Shown here: in pieces, positions 50,651-63,238 of the stretch
How the letters are laid out: the number at the start of each line of letters is the position of its first letter
How positions within the stretch are numbered: the first letter of the stretch is position 1
DNA from: Paraspadella gotoi
Lineage: Eukaryota > Animalia > Chaetognatha
Length of the DNA stretch: 64,000 nucleotides
Assembly (NCBI GenBank): GCA_051294375.1
Contig: CM119264.1
Span: 975,923-1,039,922, forward strand
Direction of reading: 5' to 3'
Notes under the pieces: generated by a model
Told to the model about the DNA's origin: nothing
The model's database searches: none
What the model saw: only the letters and a program-made list of their open reading frames with translations
Program-made: the position numbers and the translations under genes

Positions 50651-53600
50651 TGACCAATTTTCATTAGACCGAAATTCTGTCAATCATCGTGAGAAATTGC
50701 ATTTAATTTGTAAGGGAAATATTATCGAACGAAAAAAACTCAATAATTAAATATATCGAGATTTTTTCAATGAAATGAATTGTCGGCCGTAAAAAAGACG
50801 ACAACGACATCGCCAATTTCTACTTCGGACGTTATTTTCCACAACGGCTATTTTCATCTTAAAATTAGGAAATAAGTTATTAATTTTTTTTCAGGTTTTA
50901 GGATTAGGTTAATTATTATGGTTAGTTAATTTGGGTTAGGGAATAGGGATTGGGTTAGCGGTTAGGGTTAAGGCATAAAGATAGCTTGTAAGTTTATACC
51001 TATAAGAATATGTTTAAGTAATATATTTACCATTTCTGAGAATAACGGACAAATATGGCCCCCTTGGCCTTCCAGCTTCAAAAATTGGGACAACAACAAC
51101 AACAACGTCAACAACGAAAGACGTCAATGAAGTTACAAAAAACGATAACAAAGGAAACAAAATTAAAAAAAAACTTGGCCTCTTTGGCGCATCGGCGCCC
51201 GCTTTTGATGCCCCAGCGCGATGTCCCAGCGCTGCCAGGCACCCGGGCCGGCCCCTCGGGCCCGCAAAATCGTCTTCGAAGGCGACCGGCCAGCGGGGCG
51301 TTGGGAGTTTCCCGCCGGCGGCGACGGCCGCCGATGACGCGAAGGCAGACTTGAGTCCGAACCGCGGGGCGTCGCGGGCTGGAAGCGGCGGCTGAAGCGG
51401 GAGGCGGTGCGGCGGCTGCAGTTTGCGGCCGAGAAGAAGAAGCCGGAAGACGAGAGAATCCGGCAAAGATTTCGTGGCGAAGGAGACGTCGATGTACGCG
51501 GGGACAGAGACGGAGTCGGGCCGTCTGAAATGTGTGGAACGGGGAATGCAGATATGAGAATAAATTAAATTTATAAAAAAATAAAATAAATTAAAATAAA
51601 AAATTAAAAAATAAATAATTAATAAAATTTAGATAATAATAATAATAATAATAATAATATAATATAATAATAATAATAAATAATAATAATTAATAATAAT
51701 ATAATTAATAAAATAATAAAACCTTAGTTGCTGAAGGGCCGCGCCCAACGCCGGTTGGTCCCGATTCCAGCGCCGGCGTCTTCGCTCCGCGGCGTCGGCT
51801 GCTGGCTCGGCGGCGTCGATCGGAGCTGCGGCTCGGACCAACGATTCCAGACGTCGTCGTTCGCATCGTCGTCGTCGTTCGCTGCAGGCGTCGGTGTGCG
51901 CCGTCTGCGAAACAGCTGCGCTCCTGCTGGTGTTGGCGAGAACTCGCTGGAGATCTTGTGCTGGGTGTTGGGGAAAAGGGGATTGGGGTGATGGATAAAG
52001 GTTTATGACGAAGGACGGTGTTGAAAGTATTTTCAGATCTTTCGCGCCCCGCGGAGACCAACGTCGGTTGATCGCCCGTAACGAAATGTTACTAACTTTG
52101 AGTCGCACGAGAAAAAAGTAGATATCGAATATTTGAAAACGTTTATTGACTTATTAAATAGCAATCCTCGGAGACTCGTTAAGAACGAAGTTTCTCCGGC
52201 TAACAATTTTGGTTTGAGATAATTTAATAGAAAACCCAAAATGTGCCTCGCAAACTCACGGAAATTGAGGGCTCGTAAGAAAGAGATACAGTACTTATTT
52301 TCAAAAACATTCCTTATTCTTGAACCGATGAGAAAAAGTCGATCCTCACATCTTTAAACATAAATAAAAGAAATTGACCAATTTATAAATATGGTTACAT
52401 TTTAAAATATGGAAAAGTGGACAAAGGACGGTTAGTTACAAACCCCATTCATAATACTTAAACATTAAAGTACTTAGTTGTGTAATTAGAACGAACCTTT
52501 TAGCAATTTTAACAGTCTTTTTGTGTGATCTGCTGCTAACAGGTAATACAAAAATATTTTCTCATTTATCTTCCGGTCGCGGGTTGGCCCTCAGCCGAGT
52601 GAATTATTCTAATTGATAGGATGGCGGACGCCGACCAAGTTGATTTTTTCTGAGACTCCACACTGAGACCGAAATTTGTCCCACCTTTTAAACAAGGAAA
52701 GCAAAGCGTTAGATGCAAGGCGCAGTTCTTTTTTGAGTCTGGGCATTGAAGTTTTCGAAAGTAGGAAGGAAGCATCAAATGGTCTTCTTCTGCAAATCCG
52801 GAGCACAAAGATGAGTTTTTTACGCTGGATTATTAGGCCGCGACCCGTTGGGGAAACGGGCGCATGAAGACAGTGTTTGCATTACATTGGAAAATGGCGT
52901 CGTCAAAGGGCTTTTCGCCTTCATGCGATTTCCGATTTGAAGAAGAAGCGGAGACCGAGATCGATTTCCTTCTTAGTCAACGACATCGTCTTTTGAAGTT
53001 TTTTGATTGAGATTTTCGAAGTTTTTCGATTTCGCAAGAATTTTCTCGATTTTTTTTGAAGTCGAGGTTCGATGTGGTTTAGGATTCGTCGACAATATTT
53101 TTTATCGCCGCCGAAACATCATTAAATTTTATAATTGATTGATTGATTGATTGATCGATCGGTCAATCAATGATTAAAACTATTCGTCGACAACCACAAT
53201 AAAACTGACTCACCTATCCAGTAATCCACCCAACCCTCTTAACCCTCCTTCCCCCCTAACCACCTTTTATCCTTCTATCCACCAAACCCTCTATCCACTA
53301 AACCCCCCCCCACCTCACCGACGGCGCTCAGGCCATTGTTCAACGCAGCCACTCCCACGTCCAGAGTCTCCATTCCGCATCGCAAGCGTCGACTTCGGAT
53401 CGCAGATCCTCGTGGGGATGTTCGAGGCAGGCTGCAGCTGAGAGCCGCGGCGCGTGGAAGGCCAGAGGCGGAGGCGACGCCGCGGACGGAAGCGCCGCCG
53501 CGGAGAATGGGGCGCCGCGGGACGCTGTCAATAGAGAAGAGGAGGGGTGGGGAGATTAATAGTGAGAAAATATAGGCGAGATAGGTTATTTGTCGAATGA

Positions 53601-54279
53601 ATGGATTAATCTTATTAAAGGTTTGGAACTGTTTTAATTTGTATATTGAGCCTCACTCAGATCCCCTACACAATCACCCACACACTCAGATTCCCTTAAC
53701 AATCACCACTTTACCCACATCCCCTACACCACTCACCCACATATCCTCCACACCACTCAACCTATTCCCCCACGAGCGCCACTCCCATGATCTCGTCTCA
53801 ACGACATCACAAATTCTTTGTTAGAGTTCGAACACCGCTCATTTCCCCGGATGTTGGCCAGCGACCCGCCTGCTAACAGAAAATTAAAGGGACTTTGTAC
53901 ATAGAGTGTTTTTTGAATGAAGTGATATTGTGCATAGTGTTGTAAGAATGAACTCATTTTGTGACATAAGGTGGTTGTTGTGAGCTGAAGTGATATTGTG
54001 GACAGTGTTTTTGGAGAGAGAAGAACCCATTTTGTGACAGAGGGTTTGTTGTGAGGTTTGATAGTTGACAGTGTTTTTTGTGAGATAAACTCAATTCTGT
54101 TACATAGAGTGTTTTGTGAGCTGAAAGTGGATAATGTGACTTTTTTTAGATGAAGTCATTGTGTGACATAGATTGTTGTTGATATTGAGTGAATTTTGAT
54201 ACTTTTTTGTGAGATGATAGTTCATTTTGTGACACAGTTTCTTCCATGTTTTGTTGTTTTTTGACTTTCTCTTTTCTTC

Positions 54280-54342
<63 letters not shown>

Positions 54343-54357
54343 TTCACTCTTTCTCCT

Positions 54358-54409
<52 letters not shown>

Positions 54410-55398
54410 TGCTCTCTCTCTCTTCTCCTCTCTTTTCTCTCTTCTTTCTCTCCCTCTCTCTCTTCCACGTTCCGGATGTTTCCAGTTTTTCTCCCAATTT
54501 CTCTATTCCTCTTCTCTCTCGTAATCCTGTCCATTCGATAGGAATCCGAATCCTCGATCCAGGAAAATCTCTGATGACCCAGTTTTTTTTTTGCGCTTGA
54601 AATTGGATCTTGCGGCGCAAGAGTCAATGGTCAACCAATGAAGATCTCAAGAAAGTACGATGAGCGACAGAAAGTATCTATTCATCGGATTACATTACTG
54701 CATTATTTTTTGTACCAATTTATCATTACATATGTAGAAAGAAAAATAAAATAAATATAGTATCTTCATATAATAATAATTAAAGATTACTAAAGAAATG
54801 TTTTTAAACGTCCATCGCAGAGCCCAACATCGACGGTGATTGATTTGTGAAAAAATAGTAAAAAATCTGGGAAAAACTAATACTGTTATTCTTCATATGG
54901 AAAATACTAATTACTAATATTAATACTGTATCCATCTATTATGAATAATACATGTTTGTTATTATAAAAAGAAAACCTAATAATGTTAGCAAACATTACC
55001 AGGCAGGCGGCTGAGACAGCGACGTCGGTGGCGTAGTTGGCGTTAAGGGTGACGCAGCGCCAACGACAGTTTCATGATTCCCTGAAAAGTAAAATTGTAC
55101 TGACTGACGGTCAATAATTTGTGGACTCAGGCCGATCATGAAAAGAACTCCAAAAAGGGCATTACCCTCTTCGTTACAATCTCTCTCTTCTCTCTCTCTC
55201 TTCTCTCTTCTCTCCTCTCTCTCTCTCCTCTTCTCTCTCTCTCTCTCTCTCTCCTCTTTCTCTGCCTCTCTACTAACTCGTTCGTAAACGCCAAGAGAAG
55301 AGCAAAAATTACGATTGCGTGATAAAAAAAAGATAAATTAAATTTAAAAAAAAAAAGGATAAAAAATAATTAGAGAGAGAGAAGAGAGAGAGAAAGAC

Positions 55399-55429
<31 letters not shown>

Positions 55430-58400
55430 GAGGAGATAGAGAGACGAGAGAGAAGCGAGGAAACAATTAGAGAGAGAGATAGAGAGAGAATTAGGAGAAA
55501 GATAATAAAGGAGAGAGAAGATGAGAGAGAGAGATTGAAACGAGAGAGGAGAGAGACAGAGATGAGAGAAGAGAGAAGAGAGGAGAAATGTGAGAAGAGT
55601 TGGAAAACAATTTTTAGAAGAAATAGACAAAAGACTCTCGCTCTAATCCTCAACTCCCGACCGAGAAAAGTTAAGGAAGATTTGTGGCGGGAAAATAAAT
55701 GCGGGGAAGTCAGAAACAGAGAAAAAAGAGAGAGGAGAGGAGAGAGTGGTGGGAAGAGAGGGAGAGGGAGAGGGACTAGGAGGAGGTGGGAAGAGAGGGA
55801 GAGGAGAGGTAGAAGGAGGAGGAGAAGAAGAGGGGTAAGGGTTAGAAAGGGAAGAAGGATTTGGAGGGAGGAGAAGGGTTAAGAATTAATATGGCGGTCG
55901 ATCATAAGTAGGGATGGATTTCGATACAAAGTTAAAAATTATATAATTTAAAATGAAATCACGACTTTTCATGTTTTTCATCTATCCCTTTGTTGTTGGG
56001 CTGGTTGCCTATTGAGTAAACTCTCAACTTGTGACCACTACGTAATTGGGTTCGCTTTACAACCTTGAAGCTTATCCTTCGGAAAGAAAATTAGAACGGA
56101 GGTAAACCACCAATGAGAAACTTAATCAACCCTCGAAGCCTTTTGGTTCCAAGCCCAGGGCCAGCTTCGACAAGAAGGGGTTAAAGGAGTGCGGATAGCA
56201 CTCCTCAGCCTCACTAATTCCTCATATACTTATTACATATGCGTTCGATTTAAAGGATTTTAAATGTTAATATTTTTTTTTTAATATAAACAAATTTTGT
56301 ATCTAAACTTAATAAGTTGGATGACGTCAAACTGACATTCAGACCAAAGGAAAGAAACCATTAAACTTAATATTTTGTTTCATTTTATATATTTATATTA
56401 AATTAAACCAGTGATCGATATTTATCTCGATAAAGCGACGCTGGAACGTCGAATCGATTTCGCGTTACCTGCTCTCGACATCTCGTATCGATTTTTGATT
56501 TTTGCGTCTAACGAGAAACGACTTTATTAAATGTTTATCGATCTATATTAGAGAGATGATACCCAACCATGCTCTATTTTCCAGAGCGCCCAATTTCCGT
56601 TCCTTTTATTTACGGAATTTTAATTTTAAACCTTAATCCAATATAATCATTAACCCCTAACCTTAAACTTTATCCTTAAGGGGACCCATGATAAAAAATG
56701 ATATCATAAGCGTTAAGGGGTCTATCATAAAGGAATTCGAAATGGTTTTTGATTAGTCATTAATTTTTCTTCGCGCGGAAAGTGGGGAAAAATTCCCATC
56801 TCTTGATTGCAATTCAACAAGGACGCAGATATTTATTTGGAAAAAATTTTTAATTGATCTCCCTAAATACTGATACCCTCCATTCTCTTACTTTCACTGG
56901 GAAGTCATTTTTTCACATTTGAATTTCGATTTTTTTTTTTTTTAATGCAGAAAAGAGAAAGCTGGAATCTTGCGTCTGGGCCTTCTCTTGATAAAAGGAA
57001 TTTTAATTAGGTTGATATCATACTCCTCATACACGCACAGGAAGGACAGAAAAAAAGGTTCAAATCCCTCTTAAATTCAAACAAGGATTGTCATTTCATT
57101 TTGGTAAACAATTTCTCATGCCAATTGTGATATCTTTCCGTTTCCGTTGACTGTAGTTTGCAACAGATTTAATTTTAGGAGAGATAAAGAGGCTTCCCTT
57201 CTTCTCATACTCTGTATTAATGTTGGAGTGTTACATTTCTATCCAATTATGGCTGAATTGATTTGAAAAGAAAATTGATTTAAAAATTTATTCCTTTACC
57301 ATAATTTTTTCTAACTATTCCCGGATTTTTTTCCTTTTTATTTTTTAGAAGAAAAAAAATTTAGTGTACGCAGTGTGGCCCAGACGGAAAGTGATGAACT
57401 CAACATCGCTACGGGAAAAGACTGGACTAATATTCCAACAATAAAATAGAGATATTGATGCTAAAATCTTATTATAAAGTTTAGTAAATATGTGAATGAA
57501 TGGAAATTTAACTTCTTAACCAATATTTTTAACAGAAATAGAAGACGACCAGCAAAATACGTCTGCCGAGGCTAATGAATTTCAAAATCAAATTATAATA
57601 AAATTGAAAATGCATATTGCGTTTTCATTATAATTTTTTCCTTCTCTCTCATTTCTATCTCACTCGTTGCTAATAAATTTCTAATAAAAAAATTCAATTG
57701 AAAAAAGTGTTCGCCGTCGTTTCTTCATCTTTTTCGTCATCGGACCGTTTTTGCAGAGAGAGAAGAGAGAGAGAGAGAGAGAGAAGAGACGTGGAGAGCA
57801 GAGAGAGAGAGCTAGAAGAGAGAGAGGAGAGTGGTTGTCTTCGGCTTTAGTCGTTTTCAGTCGTCGTCGTTTCACCGTCATTTTCGTCGTCGTTTTCGTC
57901 GTCATTTTTCGTCGTCGTCGTTCCGTTTTTGTTCGTCGTTTTCACCGTCATTTTCGTTCGTCGTTTTTGTCATCGTTTTCGTCGTCATTTTTCGTCGTCG
58001 TCGTTGTCTTCGTCGTCATCGTTGTCCTATCGTCGTCATCGTGTCTTCGCGTCATCCTTACGTTGGTTTTTGTCGTCGTCTTCATCGTTGTCGATCTCAT
58101 CGTCGTCTTCGTCATTGTTTTCTTTTGTCGTTTTCGTTCGTCGTTTTCATCGTTTTCGTTGTCGTTTCGTTATAATAAAATTATAAATTTATAGGCCAAT
58201 TTGGTTTCAGTTTATCAACGCAATTTTTTATTTCCAAAGAAACGTTTCGAAAACGTTTCTGCGTTTGAATGCAAGCCTTCATCAGCGTTCAAATAATTTG
58301 TGAATTTTAGGACAGTTTTTTGTGTGAAAGAAGGGAGAGAGAGTGGAGAGAGAGAGAGGAGAGACTAGGAGAGAGAGAGAACCTGAAGAGAGAGAGAGAG

Positions 58401-61289
58401 AGAGAGAGAAAGAGAAGAAGAGGGAAAGTTCCCACACAGAGTTGAGAAAAGAATATGCGTCAAGTGGTGAAGGAAACAAATTGCCTCTTAATATACATAA
58501 CAACGAAAAAGAAAGGTTTATTACCACTATGTCAATAATTTATAATAAAAAAATCATTGACAGTGGGTTTATAAGTTTCGTCTTTGCAGTCGTTTTCCGT
58601 CTTTCTTTGTCTTTTTCGTCGTCGTTTCGTTCTTTCTTTTTTTCGTCGCGGTTTTGGTCTTCCTCTTCGTCGTCGTTTCCTCTAACTTTTTTTCGTCATA
58701 TTCCCGTATTTTTGTCATTCTGTTTTGTCGTTTCGTTCGTCATTAATCACAATCAAAATGTCAATCATTAACTTATTAATTCTTACTTTAACTAAATCCC
58801 CGCTGCTTGCTTAAATTTGAAACTCTCTTCTTTCCGAGTCTCTCTTTCTTTTCTTTCTCTTTCTTTCTCTCTACTCTTTTTGCTTGCCGTATCTTTGTTG
58901 TCTTTTACTTCGTCATATTTTTTGTGTCAGGTCTTCGCCTTCGTTTTCGTCGTCGTTTTCGCCTTCGTTTTTGCGTCTTCTTCGTCGTTGTTTCGTCGTT
59001 CATCGTCTTTGCTGTCGTTTTCGTCATCGTCTTTGTTGTGCGTTTTCGTCTTCGTCGTTTGTTGTCGTCTTCTTCGTTGTCGTTTTCGGCGTTTTCGGTT
59101 TTTTTCATACGTTATTGTTGTCGTCGTCTGAGTTTTTAGTTGTCGTCTTCGTCGTTGTTTTCGTCGTTGTTATTGTTTCATCTTCTGTCGTTTCGCTCTT
59201 CATCGTTTGTTTATCATCATCTGTTGTTGCTTTTTCATCATCTTTTTTTTGTTGTTGTCGTCTTTTGTTATCATTTTTCGTCGACGTTTCTCAGTTGTCT
59301 TTGTTTTGTTATCCATTTTTTCGTTCTTCGCCGTCGTTTTCGTCATCACTATTCTATTGGTTTTTGTCTTTTTTTCGTTTATGTTCGTTGTCGTCATTGG
59401 TCGGATTCAGAAATTAATATTTTAGTTGTTGTAAAGTTGGAAACAAAAAAAATTCTATACATCTTTACGTGAAAAAAAAATCGAAAAAAACTGGAAAAGA
59501 GTGTTGCCTCTTACCGAATTTTTAAAACAAAAATAGGCGAGCTGACACAATTCGCAATTTTTTGACACTTTCCATTTGGACTAGCAGAAAAAAGAATACA
59601 TTTTTGAATCGGGGAGATTGAAGGACCAAACGTTTATGATACAGCCTTTTACCCCCCCTGACCCCCCGATCACTGGGTTCCTTAATTTCTAATCCTAAAC
59701 CCTAATCCTAACCTTTAAATACTAATTAATCCCTGACCTTATCCTTTATACAAAACCTTCCTACCTATTTCTAATTAATTAAAAAAAATAATAAAATTTC
59801 TTAAATTTAACGTGAAATGGGACGTCTGGGAAAATAGGCCTTTAAACGGCTGTTGTAAGAGAAGTCGATTGTTATTGTTCGGTGGGCGAGTGCTTGTGAG
59901 TTGTCTTTTGTTCACCTTCACTTGACTGTTTCTTTTGTTCACCTCACTTCGAGTGTTCTTTTGTCACCTTTCATTGATTCTGTTTCTTCTGTTCACCTCT
60001 TCACCGACTGTTCTTTCCTTCGTCACCTTGAACTCTGGTCGCCACTCGTCGTGAATCCGTCAGAGTTTCGGTCCTTCGCCGCGTCGTCGTCGTCATCGTT
60101 TCTCGTCGTCGTTTCTCTCTCGTCGTTGTATGACTCGACCTCACCCTGTTGTTGAGACAAACTGGATGGATGAAGCACATTTTGTACATTAATGCGACGA
60201 ACGAGAGAGAGATCGACGAGATGGAGAGAAAGAGAGAGAGAGACGACTGGAGAGAGACGAGAGACGAGTGGAGAGAGAGCAAGAGAGAGAGATAACTTAG
60301 CCTGGGTGTTTTCGTCTGTCTTTCCGAATGCTCCTCTGACGTTAAAGATCCTGAAAAAAAAAAACGTTTACTGTCATTTAGAAAACAAACAAACAAACAA
60401 ACAAAGATTCGCTTAAATGACCGAGAGGTGAAAGCGGTCACTGTGAAGTGTGGAGTTCAGAAATGGCTACCTCAACTTGTATGAGCCCAGCGGGTCTGGA
60501 GTTTCGAATCCGGAGTTTTAACCGGCCGTCACTCTTTTTGCAAAAGGGAACCGTTCCGACCAAGGCGAAAGAAACCCCTTTATATGACGGCTTATTAATA
60601 ATAGGTTAGTGATTAGTAAATCGTTACTCGCTTTTATTACTATTTTTTTTTTTATGTTCTGGTTGACTTTTTTCCTTCTTCCTCTTCAATAAGATTTATG
60701 AAGAGAGAAGAACCAAAAACATTCTATCAGTGAATGTCGAAATTTCAATGACAGATGTAATTAATTTAATTAGACTTAATTATGAGATTAATTTACTCCC
60801 CCATTCCCTCCCTTCCCTCTTTTTTTTAAATTAAATAATTAATTTAATTAATTAATTACTTAAATATTTTGATTAAATTATTCTCTCATCCCTTCCCTTC
60901 TACACCTTCCATCCTTTTTTTTAAATTAATAATTAATTGATATATTAATTACTTATATATTTGAATAATCTACTCCCCCATCCCTTCCTTTCTCCTTTTT
61001 TAATTAAATAATTAAATAATTAATTAATTAATTATTTGATTAATTACTCCCCATCCCTTCCCTTCCCCTTTTTTAGTTTAAATTAATTAAATAATTAATT
61101 AATTAATTAATTTAAATAATTTGAATAATCTACTCCCCATCCCTTCCCTTCCCCCTTTTTGGTCGAAAAAAAAAAAACCTTGTCGCCTCTTCCGTCTCTT
61201 CTCCTCCTTTGCCCTCCTTTGCTTCGTCTCCGTCCGACACGAGGTTTTGCCCGACGCTTTGTCCTCCCTCCTCCTCCTCGTCCTCCTCC

Positions 61290-61310
<21 letters not shown>
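50651..61310. other. Direct re-copy of ~40000-42450 + 45820-50650, indel-rich, carrying the 3-kb insertion
   Basis: Colinear near-identity with the earlier segments. Confidence 0.85.
56680..59681. mobile_element. Non-autonomous TTAA-targeting DNA transposon, Kolobok-like (~3.0 kb)
   Basis: TTAA duplicated at 56676-56679 and 59682-59685; imperfect TIRs GGGGACCCATGAT / ATCACTGGGTTCC; empty site TATCCTTAATTTCTAATCC at ~49021-49039; RR..YY termini favour Kolobok over piggyBac. Confidence 0.8.
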
Positions 61311-61321
<11 letters not shown>

Positions 61322-61399
61322 GGGGTCTTGTCCTTGTCCCGGGCGCCGATGGCCGCCGCCCGAGAAGGATTGTTGTTGTTTATTCTGCTCGTCCGTCGT
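61179..61399 (-). CDS. Most 5' visible exon of minus-strand gene (acidic: ...EEEEDKASGKTSCRTETEAKEGKGGEETEEATK); frame disturbed by indels
   Basis: CAG acceptor and AAG|GTTTTT donor; partial copies at 50532-50650 and 61786-61870. Confidence 0.5.
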
Positions 61400-62902
61400 C
61401 TGTCGCGTGGGACATGGCATGGAGAAGGAGAGACGGCATGGAGAAGGTGGAGGGGAGAGAGAGGGTAGATGGCATGACAGGGGGGATAGGCATGGATGAG
61501 AAAGGAGCATGGCGAAGGGCGAGGGGAGGAAAAAGTGTATGGGAAGGAGAAGAGAGAGAGAGAGAGATAGGAGAGAGAGAGAGAGAGAGAAGAGAGAGAG
61601 AGAAGAGAGAGGAGAAGGCAGTGGAGATGGCGAGATGGCAATGGCGAAGGAAAAGGGGGAGAGAAGGGCAGGAGAAGGAGTAGGAGGGTAAACGAGAATG
61701 GATAGAAGAGAGAGAGAGAAGCGGCATGTTTTCAAGGGTTAGATTTGCATGGTCAAGGAANNNNNNNNNNNNNNNNNNNNNNNNNTTCCTCTCCGGGGTC
61801 TTGTCCTTGTCCCGGGCGCCGATGCCGCCGCCCGAGAAGGATTGTTGTTGTTTATCTGCTCGTCCGTCGTCTGTTCCGCGTGGGACATGGCATGGAGAAG
61901 GAGAGACGGCATGGAGGAGGTGGAGGTGAGAGAGAGGAGGGGGGAGAGAAGGGCATGGAGATGGGGAGATGGCATGGAAAGGGGAAAGGGCATGGAAAGG
62001 GAGGAATGGCATGGAAAAATGAAATGGTTAATGACATACAAAGAGGCTCTTGTTTAAATTTAAAAATAAAATGAGACGTCTGGATTGATAATAATCAAAA
62101 AATTCACAATCGAAAAACAAACGAATGAATACAATCGGTTTTTTTTCCGCAAAAAAAAACGACTAAAATTTGATTTGTTTTTTCACTTTTTAATATTTGC
62201 TCTTTCTTTTTCCAGTCACATGACATGTATGAAAACTGGTTGACATGTTGACAGAATAAAAAAAATGTAAACAGCAAGAAAAAAAAAATATTTTGTGATA
62301 CCGAGAGATCGACAGCTATAAAATGAAAGCAAGAAAATGCCGAGTCAATTTTTGAGGCATTTTTAAAATCTAATACTGACAATACCCCGGTAAAAAATCT
62401 ACTCACGCTTCAAGGTATGTAAAATTACAAGATTCATGGTCGACTTTTTTTATTATATATTAAACTTATTTAGACTAAATTTTTAAAAGAAAATATGAAA
62501 AAGTTTAATATGTTACACATAAGTATTAAATTTTATTAATACTGTATTTATTTAACTTTTAATAATGTAATGATGAGAGGGATGTCAGTGTTGTCCTTTG
62601 AAAATAGAGGAAGCATCTACTACACAAGGTTAAAAATTACTTTCTGCCCTAATTTTCTAATAAGATATGATAAAAGATAAGATATGACAAGTAATGGAAT
62701 TTAAAAACACTGTATATACTTAATTCTCTGAAAATTTTATAATTCGAGTTCACTTAACATATTTTTTTTAATTTTCAATATGATAACTGAAAAAACCTAT
62801 CGATAAACAATAGAGGTAAGAGAAATATAAGTTTTGATCGTAGTAAATTTAGCAACATTATTTATTATTAAAATTATTTATTTTGATACGAAATTCAACT
62901 AG

Positions 62903-62972
62903 ATGAAGGCTGTTATCCTCTGCGCCTTACTGGTTGTGGCATTAGTGGCTTTGACTGATGCAGCGTTTGAAG
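62903..62972 (+). CDS. Secreted peptide precursor, signal-peptide exon (MKAVILCALLVVALVALTDAAFE)
   Basis: ATG directly after CAACTAG acceptor (probable 5'UTR intron 62816-62902 with GAG|GTAAGA donor); MK + hydrophobic core + TDA cleavage site; strong G|GTACGT donor, phase 1. Confidence 0.8.
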
Positions 62973-63073
62973 GTACGTTAAAAATGATGTAAAAAATATG
63001 TTAAACTAATGGTTAAAAATAGATTATCAATTAACCAACTAAGAAATACAGACTGAGGGAGAAAAAGAGAGAT

Positions 63074-63124
<51 letters not shown>

Positions 63125-63160
63125 TTTGCACATGCTTACAGTCCCAATGAAATGTTACAG

Positions 63161-63238
63161 GTTCGGACGACAACCGTGAATGTGAATGCGGAATGATGTA
63201 TTGCAACAAAGCTTGCAGCGGAAAACGTGAATTCGAAG
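63161..63238 (+). CDS. Secreted peptide precursor, Cys-rich exon (GSDDNRECECGMMYCNKACSGKREFE)
   Basis: TTACAG acceptor, consensus AAG|GTAAGT donor, 78 nt phase 1-1; four Cys followed by GKR. Confidence 0.8.

Noticed and set aside
57681-59472. Hydrophobic or Arg-rich ORFs inside the 3-kb insertion as a transposase
   Set aside because: Products of TCG/TTCGTC low-complexity DNA; no DDE or THAP motifs
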